Assembly (NCBI GenBank): GCA_002335385.1
Contig: DCVK01000016.1
Coordinates: 11,224-75,223 of the forward strand
DNA: 64,000 nt
Reading direction: 5' to 3'
Origin: Candidatus Aminicenantes bacterium UBA2190
GTDB taxonomy: Bacteria; Acidobacteriota; Aminicenantia; UBA2199
Below are positions 46,201-55,693 of this stretch, in pieces (position 1 is the first letter of the stretch; every line of letters begins with the position of its first letter). The notes beneath the pieces were generated by a model. That model ran no database searches, was not told where the DNA came from, and saw only the letters and a program-made list of their open reading frames with translations. Both the position numbers and the translations under genes were made by a program.

Positions 46201-48746
46201 GGCAGGCGGATGCCGACGAAATTCTGGTAGGGATAGAAGGGGATGGTCACGGCATCGGTGGAGAAATCACCGCTTTCCTCGAAGACGCGCACGGTGAACA
46301 GGGCGTCCATCATCCCCGGCGCCGCCTTTTCCATTTCCAGGGCGATGGGGAAGCGGGCGTCGCCGTTGGCGTCCAGGCGCCCCTCGGCCAGTGCCTGCTC
46401 GGAAGCGCCGACCTCACGGGCCGGATCGTCGAACACGTAGTCGGCCCAGCGGGGAAAGCGGGTGGGGCGCGGCGCCAGGCGCACCTGGGCATCGAACTTC
46501 AGGTCGGCCGCCACCGCTCCGTGCAGCCACTGGCTGCGCAGGACGGCGGTTGCCGGCCGGCCCTTGACCAGCTTTTCCGCGCCCGGCTGGAAATCAATCT
46601 TCAGGCGGTTGGGGGCCACCGTCTCGATCTTCAGGTTCTGCTCGAAAACCAGGCCGCCGACCAGCACCCGCGCCTTCCAGTTGCCGGTGGGAGCCGATTC
46701 GCCGGTGCGCAGGCGGAAGGAGTGGAAGGCGTCGAGGGAACGCGCCGGCAGGGCGGTCTGGATCAGCTGTCCCTTGGGATTGTAGAGCTCGAGAAGCAGC
46801 GGGTGGCCGGCCGGCAACTTGCGCTCGCGGTCGAAAAGGACAAACGTCAGGTAGAGGTCGTCCCCGGGGCGCCAGACGCCGCGCTCGCCGTACAGGACCC
46901 CCTTGATCCCTTTCTGCACTTTCTCGCCGCCCACGTCGAAATGGCTGGTCGCCAGCGCCCCCTCGCCGCTCAGGCGCAGGTAGCCCCGATCCTTGCCGTG
47001 CTGGGCCTCGATGAAGAACGGCTGGCTCTGCAGGCTCAGGGTCAAAAAGCCCGAGCCGTCGCTGCTGCCCTCGCCGAGCAGCTGGTTCTGGAAATTGAAG
47101 GCGCGCACGCGCACGGCGGCGAGCGGCTCGGCGCTGCGGATATCGGTCGTGACCACGTGCAGGTCGAAGTTGTCGCCGCGCTTGGCCACCAGGCCGATGT
47201 TCGAGGCCAGGAAGTTGCGCGCCTGGATCGCGTTCTCGTTGAAGCGCGGGTTGTAATAGGCGTCCTTGCAGGGGTCGCTGCGCTCGGCCCAGCCGTCGCT
47301 TCCATCCTGGTAATAATAGGAATATGAATAGTCCCAGTTGGAAAAGTCGCGCCAGGAGGCGTCGTCTTGGTTCTGCAGCTCGGGCTCCGGCACCGGCTTG
47401 CCCTGGTTGGCGCAGGGGAAAACGGCGTTGCCGCGGTGGAAGGAGAGGATGATGCGGAACAGGCTGCCCGGGTTCTCACCCAGGAGCCGGGTCACGTCCA
47501 GGCTGTAGCGCCGCCAGACCGATGCCTCCTCGGGCTTGTCGGAAAGGGGCACGGTCTTGCGCCACAGGAAGCGGCCGACCTGCGAGAGGTTCTCCTTGCC
47601 ATCCAGGTTGTTCTGCTGGAAGAACTGCGCCATGTTGTTGGCATAGACCTGGAACGCGGTCACCTGGACCGCGCGCAGGCTCACCGCCTCGAAGGGAACG
47701 GTCAGCCGGTCCTTGTCGGGGAGGATGATACCCTGGCCGACGAAGCGCACCTGCGGCGCCAGGCGCTGGAAAGTCACCGTGCGCGTTATTCGCTTTTCCA
47801 GCCTGCGGTCGTTGAAGTTGCGCACGCCGGGATGGATGGTCACATCGACGGCGGCGTCGAAGCTTTTGGCGGAATAGGCGCGGATCACGTTGTTGTCGAC
47901 CTCGAACGTGGGCTCGTGGCCCGGCACGGTGACCAGGCCGCGCAGGTTCTGGTTTTTCTTCAGGGGATCGGAAAAGCGCAGCAGGATGCTGGTGGCCGGT
48001 TCGAGGACGGCCTCGGCCTCCAGCAGGTCGAACTGGCCCAGCGAGGGAACGTCGATCCGCCGCGAGCCTTTCTGCTCGGCGCCGAGCGCCGATCCGTCCC
48101 AGTCGATATCGACATGGCTGGGGGTTTCCTGGCGCCGGATGGCGCGGATGACGAAGGAGTGGCTGCGCCCCTGGTTCTCGTGCGCCCAGTCAACGGCCAG
48201 CGCCTTGCCCTCCTGCCGCGCCGCAAGGACCTTCTGGACGACAGCGCCTTCCTGCACGTCGCGGGTGGTCAGCAGGCCGCGCAGCAGGAACTGGTTGGGC
48301 GAGACCTCATCCAGCGGCGCCAGCCCCTGCAGGTCGATGGCGATCGACTCGCGGATGACGGAGAAGGCGAATTCGAAGCGCGCGTACTCGCGCGGCAGGC
48401 TCATGAACTTCTTCAGGTTCAGGACGGCGCGGTAGGCCGCTCCAGGCTGCAGCTGCCGGTCGGGAGTGAAGACCAGCTCGCGGGGCGAGCTCCATTGCGC
48501 CTTGCCGGCGATGGCGGGGATGAATTCCAGGTAGTCCTGAAGCTCGGAGGCGCCCTGACCTTCCGTGCCGACGTTGTTGACGAACAGCACGCGGATCGGC
48601 GCCCGGCGCGAGATGTCGCCCGAGGTAAAGGCGCTGATGTAGCGGTACCACTCCTGCGCCTGCGGCGGCTTGGCCTTCTTGCAGGAGAACTGGAAAGACG
48701 AAAGCAGCAGCAGCACCCATACCAGGACCGGTCCTGTTTTTTTCAT
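43224..48746 (-). CDS. Bacterial alpha-2-macroglobulin family protein (YfhM-like), thioester motif intact
   Basis: Start at MKKTGPVLVWVLLLLSSFQFSCKK (AAGGAGGG RBS). About 1840 aa. Thioester motif GCLEQ at 44547-44561 (YPHGCLEQTLSTAFP). Classic pairing with pbpC. Confidence 0.92.
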   Translation of the reverse strand: MKKTGPVLVWVLLLLSSFQFSCKKAKPPQAQEWYRYISAFTSGDISRRAPIRVLFVNNVGTEGQGASELQDYLEFIPAIAGKAQWSSPRELVFTPDRQLQPGAAYRAVLNLKKFMSLPREYARFEFAFSVIRESIAIDLQGLAPLDEVSPNQFLLRGLLTTRDVQEGAVVQKVLAARQEGKALAVDWAHENQGRSHSFVIRAIRRQETPSHVDIDWDGSALGAEQKGSRRIDVPSLGQFDLLEAEAVLEPATSILLRFSDPLKKNQNLRGLVTVPGHEPTFEVDNNVIRAYSAKSFDAAVDVTIHPGVRNFNDRRLEKRITRTVTFQRLAPQVRFVGQGIILPDKDRLTVPFEAVSLRAVQVTAFQVYANNMAQFFQQNNLDGKENLSQVGRFLWRKTVPLSDKPEEASVWRRYSLDVTRLLGENPGSLFRIILSFHRGNAVFPCANQGKPVPEPELQNQDDASWRDFSNWDYSYSYYYQDGSDGWAERSDPCKDAYYNPRFNENAIQARNFLASNIGLVAKRGDNFDLHVVTTDIRSAEPLAAVRVRAFNFQNQLLGEGSSDGSGFLTLSLQSQPFFIEAQHGKDRGYLRLSGEGALATSHFDVGGEKVQKGIKGVLYGERGVWRPGDDLYLTFVLFDRERKLPAGHPLLLELYNPKGQLIQTALPARSLDAFHSFRLRTGESAPTGNWKARVLVGGLVFEQNLKIETVAPNRLKIDFQPGAEKLVKGRPATAVLRSQWLHGAVAADLKFDAQVRLAPRPTRFPRWADYVFDDPAREVGASEQALAEGRLDANGDARFPIALEMEKAAPGMMDALFTVRVFEESGDFSTDAVTIPFYPYQNFVGIRLPKGDETRGMLLTDQDHVLQIVTVDAEGNPVSRDKLEVSLYKVEWKWWWDKSGDSLAQYVANTSHVPVLKGEVATRDGVGAWKFQVKYPQWGRYLVRVVDPQGGHAAGRAVYIDWPGWAGRAREEKGSGATRLNFSADKPNYQVGEKATIFLPDAPQGRALVSLENNSRVLKQMWVSTQSGENRFEIDLDESMTPNIHVHVTLLQPHSGKKSDTPIRLYGVIPVLVDDPRTKLVPLLKVADELKPMADFKVKIEEKSGRPMTYTLAVVDEGLLGLTRYAAPDLRKRFYNREALGVRTWDLFDDVAEAYGADLSRLLALGGDEEGGDGGGEKKQRRFPPVVLFAGPFALEAGKTAEHTFTMPQYVGAVRIMAVAGRDNAFGVAERSVPVRQDLMILPTLPRVVRPGETFDLPVSVFVSRADIRKVQVQIDAGDRFLVDGPKIRTVEFSKPGDEMVFFPVTVSAGIGQGSVRIQATSGARKAESRTAIPILAANPRILETLHAEVAPGETRQIAIRAFGISGTNDVTLEYSMLPPFNLQKRLQFLIRYPHGCLEQTLSTAFPQLYLKNLIKLDDGQRKKVEANVTGAIEKMRTFQAPGGGFAYWPGEYEAHHWTSSYAGYFLLEAQRAGYRVPAAMLEGWKKHQRALANSWTAGPEHGRIVQAFRLYTLALAGSPDLGAMNRLRETAGLDGPAAVLLAGAFQAGGQREAADDLLGKCSWQVAKYRDDNRTFGSDLRDKAVMVRTLVHMGQEGRAKKFLDEIISAMSSDTWYSTQETAYALMAIATYYGGSPAKPFRFQAGWQGEPLKEVEAAVPFFQQEFSPFTAAERTMKISNPGAGRLYVTATIAGIPPAGGETAHESNLRLEVVFRDADENAIDPARLAQGRDVKVEIHVTNLSRQTLNNLALTHIVPAGCQIANPRLFSDEPGSGYFDYQDVRDDRILTYFSLKAGAKKTFTAMLNASYGGRFYQPGISVEAMYDAAFHANTTGQWMEIRR

Positions 48747-48842
48747 GCGCCCCCTCCTTGAGAATCTTGGCAAAAGGCAAATATAGCACAACAGGGGAAT
48801 AAAATCATGGGCCCGGCCGGCGCCGGGAAGAGCGGGCTGCGT

Positions 48843-49148
48843 CTAGAAACAGTCCTTGCCGTTGACGGTGACCTGCTTGGCGATCACGTTGCCCGCGTCG
48901 TCGCGGACCAGGGTGACGCTGCCGACATACTGCGCGTTGTCGCAGATGGCCTTGAACTCGAAGTAGATCAGCTTGCCGTTCCCGTCCAGCTTGGGATTCG
49001 ACAGGCTATAGGCCACGCAGTTGGGCATCACGAGCTCGTCGCCGTCGAAATAGACCTTGTCGCAAGGGTCGGTGGAAAAAGCCTTGCAGCCCGCCGCGGA
49101 CAGCAGCGCCACCAGGATGACCGTCAGCAAGCCCAGCCGGATCTTCAT
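48843..49148 (-). CDS. Small lipoprotein, hypothetical
   Basis: Start at MKIRLGLLTVILVALLSAAGC (lipobox SAAGC). The mature part has 5 further Cys. Same strand as the alpha-2-macroglobulin gene and directly upstream of it. Confidence 0.6.
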   Translation of the reverse strand: MKIRLGLLTVILVALLSAAGCKAFSTDPCDKVYFDGDELVMPNCVAYSLSNPKLDGNGKLIYFEFKAICDNAQYVGSVTLVRDDAGNVIAKQVTVNGKDCF

Positions 49149-49205
49149 GTCGCCTCCAGGAAAGAACACATCATAAGCATTTCGCCACGGTTTGTCAACG
49201 GCGGC

Positions 49206-50471
49206 TCAGGGCGCCGTCGTTGCCGTTCCGCCCGGCTTGGCATTCCAGAGTTCCAGCAGATAGGGCTTGCGGATCTCGAAGATGCGCGCCTGCTCCTCGA
49301 CCACGGCCTCGGCCTCGGCATTGGTGCGGTCGCCGACGCGGCGGATGAAGGAGGCCACGCGGGCGAAATAGAGCGGCGAGAGAACCTCGATGATCTGCTT
49401 CTTGGCCGCCGGCCGCTGGTGGTAAGCGGCGGCGAACTCGAAGAGGATGCGCGCCCAGAGGTCGGTACCGATCTGGAAGACGCCGCGGCCGGCATCAACG
49501 CAGGCCTCGAGCTCGGCGTACGTCTCGGGCTTCAGCGTCGATTCCCAGGCGCCGCGCAGCGTTTGCCAGGAGAAGTAAAAATGCTCCACCAGGCGCTGGA
49601 AATCGATGGGGAACGCCTCCGGCTCCTCATCGCCGGGAACGCCCCAGGCAGCGACGGCCTCGCTCCTGCCGGCGCGGGTCCAGTAGCCATCGGTCTCTTC
49701 CATGAGCGCGAAGAGGGTGCCGACCACCTGGCGGAACATCGGTTCCAGGCTCGCGGCAGGGTCCTTGGCGTCATGAACCTTGACCCCCAGGTGGGTCTGG
49801 CACATCGGCACTTCGCGGATCAGGGCGTTGACCGTCAGCCAGATATCGATGCCGAAGCGCGCCACGTCGGTATCCCAGATGGGCAGCGCCTCGAGCTCCC
49901 CGACCAGGCGCCCGGAAAAAGCGAACTCGCCGCCGATCGGCTGGCGCACGCGCTTGCCGTACAAACAGCGCAGCATGTTGTAGGTGACGTTGTTGGTGAT
50001 GGTGCCGTCGAACTTGTAGCGGCGGTAGAGCGGGGCGACGAACTCATAGCCGTCCTTGACCACCGGGCCCAGGAGACGCTCGACCCACAGCGGCGTCACC
50101 GAACGCAGGTCGGAGTCAAGCAGGGCCACCGCTTTGGCTTCCAGTTCGCCGGCGGCGGCAAAGATCATGCGCACCGCCGAGCCCTTGCCCGGCAGGCCGC
50201 GATAGATGCCGACCACGCCGGGGACCCCCTGCGCCTTCATCTCGGCCAGGGCCAGTTCGCGGGTGTCGTCCAGAGTGGAGCCGCCGTCGGCGATGATGAT
50301 CGCGCTCTTGCTGCCGGGGAAATGCTCGCGCAATCCTCTGGCGGCCGCGGCCACGACGTGGGCGACGGTGGCGGCGTTGTTGAAGCAGGGTATGCCGACC
50401 AGCAGGTCGGCCTTGCCGATGCGGCCGATCAGTTCCCGGGTGATGGAGCGCAGTGGCTTCACGTCGTTCAT
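49206..50471 (-). CDS. GT-A fold glycosyltransferase (family 2 / GpgS-MpgS-like)
   Basis: Motifs LLVGIPCFNNAATVAHVV, IIIADGGSTLDDT, LLDSDL (DxD). Confidence 0.7.
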   Translation of the reverse strand: MNDVKPLRSITRELIGRIGKADLLVGIPCFNNAATVAHVVAAAARGLREHFPGSKSAIIIADGGSTLDDTRELALAEMKAQGVPGVVGIYRGLPGKGSAVRMIFAAAGELEAKAVALLDSDLRSVTPLWVERLLGPVVKDGYEFVAPLYRRYKFDGTITNNVTYNMLRCLYGKRVRQPIGGEFAFSGRLVGELEALPIWDTDVARFGIDIWLTVNALIREVPMCQTHLGVKVHDAKDPAASLEPMFRQVVGTLFALMEETDGYWTRAGRSEAVAAWGVPGDEEPEAFPIDFQRLVEHFYFSWQTLRGAWESTLKPETYAELEACVDAGRGVFQIGTDLWARILFEFAAAYHQRPAAKKQIIEVLSPLYFARVASFIRRVGDRTNAEAEAVVEEQARIFEIRKPYLLELWNAKPGGTATTAP

Positions 50472-50578
50472 CGCCGGACCTCCTGGCAGGGGATCATGAA
50501 ACGATCATATCACGACGAAGCGCTGATTGCCAAGCGCCGGTCGCGGCCGGAGAAAAAATCCTGCGCGGGCCTTGACAC

Positions 50579-50607
50579 TTGATTTTCTTCGGGAATTTGG
50601 TTATAGT
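50579..50607 (+). promoter_or_regulatory. Sigma70-like promoter of the HU gene
   Basis: TTGATT, 17 nt spacer, TATAGT. An overlapping TTGACA lies 7 nt further upstream. Confidence 0.45.
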
Positions 50608-50672
50608 TCCAGCAATGATCGTGGGCCAGGCATGCCGGCCACGACAAAATTCAATTAAAAGGAGATGAACGA

Positions 50673-50954
50673 ATGCCGAAAGCAATGACCAAGAGCCAGA
50701 TCGTGGCCGGAGTCGCGGAGAAGGTCGGGATCAACAAGAAGCAGGCCGGGGAAGCCATCGAAACGCTGGCGACCATGGCCTACAAGAACGCCAAGAACGG
50801 CTTCACCGTTCCCGGCCTGGGCAAGCTTGTGCTGGTCAACCGCAAGGCGCGCATGGGCCGCAACCCGGCCACCGGCGCCGCCATCAAGATCCCGGCCAAG
50901 CGCGTCGTGAAATTCCGCGTCGCCAAGGCCTGCAAGGACGCCATCCTCGGCTAA
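50673..50954 (+). CDS. hup: HU-family DNA-binding protein
   Basis: Sequence MTKSQIVAGVAEKVGINKKQAGEAIETL...GRNPATGAAIKIPAKRVVKFRVAK. Confidence 0.92.
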   Translation: MPKAMTKSQIVAGVAEKVGINKKQAGEAIETLATMAYKNAKNGFTVPGLGKLVLVNRKARMGRNPATGAAIKIPAKRVVKFRVAKACKDAILG

Positions 50955-50988
50955 GCCCGGATCGTTTCCCGATCGACTCGGCAACCAG

Positions 50989-51020
50989 GGCCGCGGCCGG
51001 ATGGCTGCGGCCTTTTTTTT
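50989..51020 (+). terminator. Rho-independent terminator after the HU gene
   Basis: GGCCGCGGCC-ggat-GGCTGCGGCC (one G-U pair) followed by T8. Confidence 0.8.
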
Positions 51021-51090
51021 CTGCCGTTTCATGTCCGCTTGTTGCTTGGTCTCCGGTCTTAACCCGCTCAGTTAGGAGTACGCGATCCCC

Positions 51091-52440
51091 ATGGGCTTGA
51101 ACGTCGTTCTTCTCGGCCTCGGCCAGGTCGGCTCGCACCTGGCCAAAATACTGTCGCGCGAAAACCATGACATCGTCGCCATCGACAGCGATCCCGCCCG
51201 CTCCCGCGAGGCCGACGAGACGCTGGACATCAAGGCCCTTCACGGTCAGGGCAGCGATCCCCGCCTGCTCGAAGAGGCCGGCATCGAGCGGGCTGACATG
51301 CTGATCGCCGTCACCGGCAACGATGAAGTGAACGTCGTGGCCTGCAGCATGGCCGCGCGCTACGGCGTGAAGCAGAAGATCGCCCGCATCCGCAACCCCG
51401 AATTCTTCGACCATCCGCCGCGCTTTGCATTCACCGACTGGGGCGTGGACCTGGCCATTCATCCCGAGCTGGAAACGGCCCGGGAAATCGTGCTCCTGAT
51501 CAAGCGCAGCGCAGCCACCGATGTTCTGGAATTCGCCGACAATCGCGTGCAACTCATCGGCATGCGTATCGACGCCACCTGCCCTCTCCTGCACAAGACC
51601 CTGGTGGAGGTCAACCAGAAGTTCCCCGAAAAGGTGTTCCGCGTGGTGGCCATCCTGCGCGGGCTCGAGACCATCATCCCCGGCGGCAACGACATCCTGC
51701 TCAACCGCGACCAGTTGTTCATCGTCGCCGCCAGCGCCGACATCCCCGCCATCATCGCCCTGATGGGCAAGTCCGAGGAGAAGCTGCAGCAGATCATGAT
51801 CCTCGGCGGCGGCCGGGTCGGCCGGGCCACCGCCCGGCTCCTGGACCAGGAAAAGGACCTGGCCATCAAGCTTATCGATCCGGATGCCGACCGGGCGCTG
51901 ACCTTGGCCGATGAAATGAAGAACACGCTGGTCATTCACGGCGACGGCCGCGATTTCAACCTTTTGTCCACCGAGGGCATCCTGGAGACCGACGCCCTCA
52001 TCAGCGTCACCGAAGACGAGGAGACCAACATCCTGACCAGCCTGCTGGCCAAGCACTTCGGCGTGACCAAGACCATCGCCCTGGTCAACCGCCGCGAATA
52101 CATGTCGCTGATGGCGCCCATCGGCGTCAACGCCGCCGTCAACACGAACCTGGTCACGTCGAACGCCATCCTGCGCCTCATCCGCCGCAAGGACGTCGTT
52201 TCCCTGGCCACCCTCCCGGGACTGGACGCCCAGGCCGTCGAGTACGTCGCCCACGCCGACTCGCGCATCACCCGCAAGCCGCTGACCAAGGTCGATTTCC
52301 CCCGCGGCGTCATCGTCGGCGCCATCACCCGCGGCGACCAGGTCATCATTCCCGTCGGCGACACGCGCATTAAGGCCGACGACCACGTGATCGTCTTCTC
52401 CCTGCCCCAGGCGCTCCCCGATGTCGACAAGCTCTTTTAG
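51091..52440 (+). CDS. trkA: Trk potassium uptake system NAD-binding protein TrkA
   Basis: Two Rossmann/RCK modules (VVLLGLGQVGSHLAKIL; IMILGGGRVGRATARLL). Confidence 0.92.
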   Translation: MGLNVVLLGLGQVGSHLAKILSRENHDIVAIDSDPARSREADETLDIKALHGQGSDPRLLEEAGIERADMLIAVTGNDEVNVVACSMAARYGVKQKIARIRNPEFFDHPPRFAFTDWGVDLAIHPELETAREIVLLIKRSAATDVLEFADNRVQLIGMRIDATCPLLHKTLVEVNQKFPEKVFRVVAILRGLETIIPGGNDILLNRDQLFIVAASADIPAIIALMGKSEEKLQQIMILGGGRVGRATARLLDQEKDLAIKLIDPDADRALTLADEMKNTLVIHGDGRDFNLLSTEGILETDALISVTEDEETNILTSLLAKHFGVTKTIALVNRREYMSLMAPIGVNAAVNTNLVTSNAILRLIRRKDVVSLATLPGLDAQAVEYVAHADSRITRKPLTKVDFPRGVIVGAITRGDQVIIPVGDTRIKADDHVIVFSLPQALPDVDKLF

Positions 52441-52454
52441 CAGGTGAGCCTGCC

Positions 52455-53894
52455 GTGAACAGTGGAATCGTCGGCCGCGTCTTGGGTTTCATCCTGCTGT
52501 TCGTCGGCATGTTCATGGCCCTTCCGGCGCTGTTCGCCTGGTATTACCGGGGCGGCGACCTGGCGTCCATCCTCATCTCATCGGCACTGACCATGGCCCT
52601 CGGCGGTTCGCTGATCCTGATTTTCCGCGCCCGGGGTGAGCTCATGCTGCGCGACAGCTTCGCGGTCGTGACGTTGGGCTGGCTGATCATATCGGCTCTC
52701 GGCGCCCTGCCGTTCTTTATCTCGGGCTATATTCCCTCCTTCACCGACGCCTTTTTCGAGAGCATATCGGGTTTCACGACCACCGGCGCCTCCATCCTGG
52801 CTCGCGTCGAGGATCTGCCGCGCGGCCTGCTGTTCTGGCGCAGCTTGACCCACTGGCTCGGCGGCATGGGCATCATCGTCCTCTCCCTGGCCATCCTGCC
52901 CATGACCGGCATCGGCGGCACCCAGTTGTACAAGGCCGAGATTCCCGGACCCACTCCGGACAAGATCACGCCGCGCATCCGCCAGACGGCCAAAACGCTT
53001 TGGAAAGTGTACCTGCTGCTCACGCTCCTGGAAACCCTGCTGCTGATCATCGGCGGCCTTGACCTCCACGAGGCTCTCTGTCAATCCTTCGGGACCATGG
53101 CCACCGGCGGCTTCTCGACCCGGACCGCTTCCATCGCCGGATTCAGCAGCATCTTCGTCGAGGCGGTCGTGCTCATCTTCATGTTCCTGGCGGGGATGAA
53201 TTTCACCCTCCATTACCATTTTCTGAAGGGGAAAAAGACGGCCTTCTGGCATAGCGAGGAATTCCGCTTCTACCTGGGGATCATCGCCGTCTTCACCCTG
53301 CTCCTGACAGCCGACAATCTCCTGGCCGGGACCCTGCGGGCGGGAGGAGCGGTGCGCCATTCCATTTTCCAGGTCGTCTCCATCACCACCACCACGGGAT
53401 TCGCAACTTCTGATTTCGGCATCTGGCCAGCCACGGCGCGGTTCGTCCTGCTGTTCCTGATGTTCGTCGGCGGCTGCGCCGGCTCGACCGGGGGCAGCAT
53501 CAAGGTCATCCGCGTCCTGATCATCCTCAAACAGGGGTTGGCCGAGCTGAGGAAGCTGCTCCACCCGCGAGCCGTCATCCCGGTCCGGGTGGACGAGCGC
53601 ACGGTTCATCCGGACGTGGTGGTCAACATCCTCGGCTTTCTGTTCCTCTATATCGGGCTGCTGTTCCTGTCCACCCTGGCCATGACCCTGATGGGGCTCG
53701 ACATCCTTACCGCGTTTTCATCGGTTGCAGCCTCGATCGGGAACATCGGACCGGGCCTGGGCGCCGTGGGGCCGGCGGCCAACTACCAGCACATCCCGCT
53801 GGCGGGCAAGTGGCTGCTCTCCTTCTGCATGCTGGCCGGCCGCCTCGAGATCTACACCGTGTTCGTGCTCTTCACCCGCGATTTCTGGGAATAG
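52455..53894 (+). CDS. trkH: Trk-type potassium transporter membrane subunit TrkH
   Basis: Polytopic TrkH/KtrB family protein (SGFTTTGASIL, TTTGFATSDF, GGCAGSTGGSIKVIR). GTG start 14 nt after trkA. Confidence 0.92.
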   Translation: MNSGIVGRVLGFILLFVGMFMALPALFAWYYRGGDLASILISSALTMALGGSLILIFRARGELMLRDSFAVVTLGWLIISALGALPFFISGYIPSFTDAFFESISGFTTTGASILARVEDLPRGLLFWRSLTHWLGGMGIIVLSLAILPMTGIGGTQLYKAEIPGPTPDKITPRIRQTAKTLWKVYLLLTLLETLLLIIGGLDLHEALCQSFGTMATGGFSTRTASIAGFSSIFVEAVVLIFMFLAGMNFTLHYHFLKGKKTAFWHSEEFRFYLGIIAVFTLLLTADNLLAGTLRAGGAVRHSIFQVVSITTTTGFATSDFGIWPATARFVLLFLMFVGGCAGSTGGSIKVIRVLIILKQGLAELRKLLHPRAVIPVRVDERTVHPDVVVNILGFLFLYIGLLFLSTLAMTLMGLDILTAFSSVAASIGNIGPGLGAVGPAANYQHIPLAGKWLLSFCMLAGRLEIYTVFVLFTRDFWE

Positions 53895-53927
53895 GGCGGG
53901 AACAGGACTTTCCCCAGCGTTCCCGCC
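53895..53927. terminator. 9-bp GC-rich hairpin between convergent genes (no U-tract)
   Basis: GGCGGGAAC-15 nt-GTTCCCGCC, immediately after the trkH stop. There is no T-run on either strand, so terminator function is uncertain. Confidence 0.3.
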
Positions 53928-53956
53928 TCCTGGCCAAAGCCCTCAACAAGGCCGGC

Positions 53957-54454
53957 TCATTTCGCTTTCATTTTCAGGTTGATGAAAAGAGAATGCTCGC
54001 CCTGCCGCCATTTCACGATGATCCGCGCGTCCTGGGTCTCGGCGCTGTATTCATCGTGGGGGGCGGTGGACTGGGGCGGGAAATCCCTGAGGTCCCGCAC
54101 CAGCCATTCGCTCGTCGACCGCTTCAAGGCCTCAAGCTTCTCCAGGTAGGGCTGGCCGGCATCCCGCATCAGGGTATAGTCCAGTTCGCAGCCGACCAGG
54201 GTGCCGGCATGGAAAGTAAGATCGAAGGCGGCCGTGCCCTCGGCGACGGTCGCCATCCAGCGGCATGAGCGCTCAGCGCAGCTCGCCGGGCCGTAATCCA
54301 CGATCGCTTTCTTCACGGCGTCCATCTCCATGAACCACTGCAGGCCGAAGGGAAGGTAGAGCGCTTCCGAAGTGGCGGCAGGCCAGGGAAGCGGCCTGGC
54401 ATTGACCTGGATCACGCAAGCCGTCAGGATCATCATGATGACGCATTTTTTCAT
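53957..54454 (-). CDS. Hypothetical secreted protein
   Basis: Signal peptide MKKCVIMMILTACVIQVNA. No family recognised. Lower-GC neighbourhood. Confidence 0.5.
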   Translation of the reverse strand: MKKCVIMMILTACVIQVNARPLPWPAATSEALYLPFGLQWFMEMDAVKKAIVDYGPASCAERSCRWMATVAEGTAAFDLTFHAGTLVGCELDYTLMRDAGQPYLEKLEALKRSTSEWLVRDLRDFPPQSTAPHDEYSAETQDARIIVKWRQGEHSLFINLKMKAK

Positions 54455-54665
54455 CTTCCCTCCTTGGGCTCGAAAGAAATCGATCCGCCCCGGCCGTGAT
54501 TTTATTGCCGCGCCGGAAAAAAGTCAAACCCGCAAAGACAAGCTTTGCCCGGGAGGACAACGGCGCAAAGCAAACGGATCGTTGACCATGGCCGGCTTGA
54601 CTTTGCAGTCGGCCACAAATAAACTTACCATACCGTTTGCGAATACGGCGCCTCAAGGAGGGGAA

Positions 54666-55637
54666 ATGAAAGCGCGCGCCTTGGATACCCAATCCGCTGT
54701 CCGGCTACTGCCGGTGTTTTGTCTTGTCGCCTCCTTCCTTTCTCCCTGGTTGCCCGCTCAGGCGGTCCTGAACCATTCGGATGCCCTCACGGCCCTGATC
54801 CAGCAGGCCGACCGGACCTATGCCCGGGCCGCGAACACCTCCATCCAGCATTTTTTCAACAACATCCCGGTGAACGCGGCCATCATCCTGGGGCTGGCCA
54901 TGCACGGCCAGAAGCGCATTGCCGATCCAAACCCGCAATATCTTAAGCACTACGAGGCCCTGCGCCGGGAAGCCCATGAGTTTCTCGAAGGACTGGCCAA
55001 GGCTCATCATTTCAGGAACCCCGTCGACGGCCAGCCGATGAACCGGCAGTCCCTGGCCGCGATCTTTGACAGCAACGCGTCGGGAGAACAAAACCAATGG
55101 GCGGTCCAGAACCGGTTGCCCAACCCGGCGGCCGTCCGCCAGCCCTTGATCCTGGATCGGGTCACGCCGCAATCGCTGGCCAAGCTCCACCTGAAGGACG
55201 ATTCCAACTCTATCCGGTTGCTGGACCAGACCGCTCCCCCGGTGATCCAAGATGACCCCCGCCTCCGGCAAAACCCAGCGCCGCCACCCGGCTGCCCGGC
55301 CAGTTACGTGGTCGGCACTTGGTGGCTGCAAAAATCTTTCACCAAAACGATTCATCGATATGATATAACCCAGACCGGTGACTGCACCTTCGTCATGCGA
55401 TCCCCAGAAACGGCAGATCATCTCGAATTCCGTTATAGTGGAGAATGGTCCCGAGGTTTTCAGCATGATAGTGGAATATGGATCCCTTCAGCACCTCGTT
55501 TCATCCTGACCCGCATCCGGAGCCAAAGTGGATGGGTCCAAAAGAATGAGGCAATTCATATCTACCGAAAACCGGGGGGCGATGAGATGCTTATTCTGTT
55601 GATTGATTTTAAGCTTTTTCGCAACAAGCCCAGGTGA
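54666..55637 (+). CDS. Hypothetical secreted protein (helical N-domain, Pro-rich linker, Cys-bracketed beta C-domain)
   Basis: Start at MKARALDTQSAVRLLPVFCLVASFLSPWLPAQA (AAGGAGGGGAA RBS). Linker NPAPPPGCPASY. C-domain GTWWLQKSF...GDCTFVMR... Confidence 0.5.
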   Translation: MKARALDTQSAVRLLPVFCLVASFLSPWLPAQAVLNHSDALTALIQQADRTYARAANTSIQHFFNNIPVNAAIILGLAMHGQKRIADPNPQYLKHYEALRREAHEFLEGLAKAHHFRNPVDGQPMNRQSLAAIFDSNASGEQNQWAVQNRLPNPAAVRQPLILDRVTPQSLAKLHLKDDSNSIRLLDQTAPPVIQDDPRLRQNPAPPPGCPASYVVGTWWLQKSFTKTIHRYDITQTGDCTFVMRSPETADHLEFRYSGEWSRGFQHDSGIWIPSAPRFILTRIRSQSGWVQKNEAIHIYRKPGGDEMLILLIDFKLFRNKPR

Positions 55638-55693
55638 TGAAGCGGACGACGTGCCAGCCGATAGTCCATAATCATTTAAAACTGAGGGAGGAA

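Noticed and set aside
43113-47327. 1404-aa plus-strand ORF
   Set aside because: Antisense shadow of the alpha-2-macroglobulin gene, which carries the GCLEQ thioester motif and a lipoprotein-type N-terminus.
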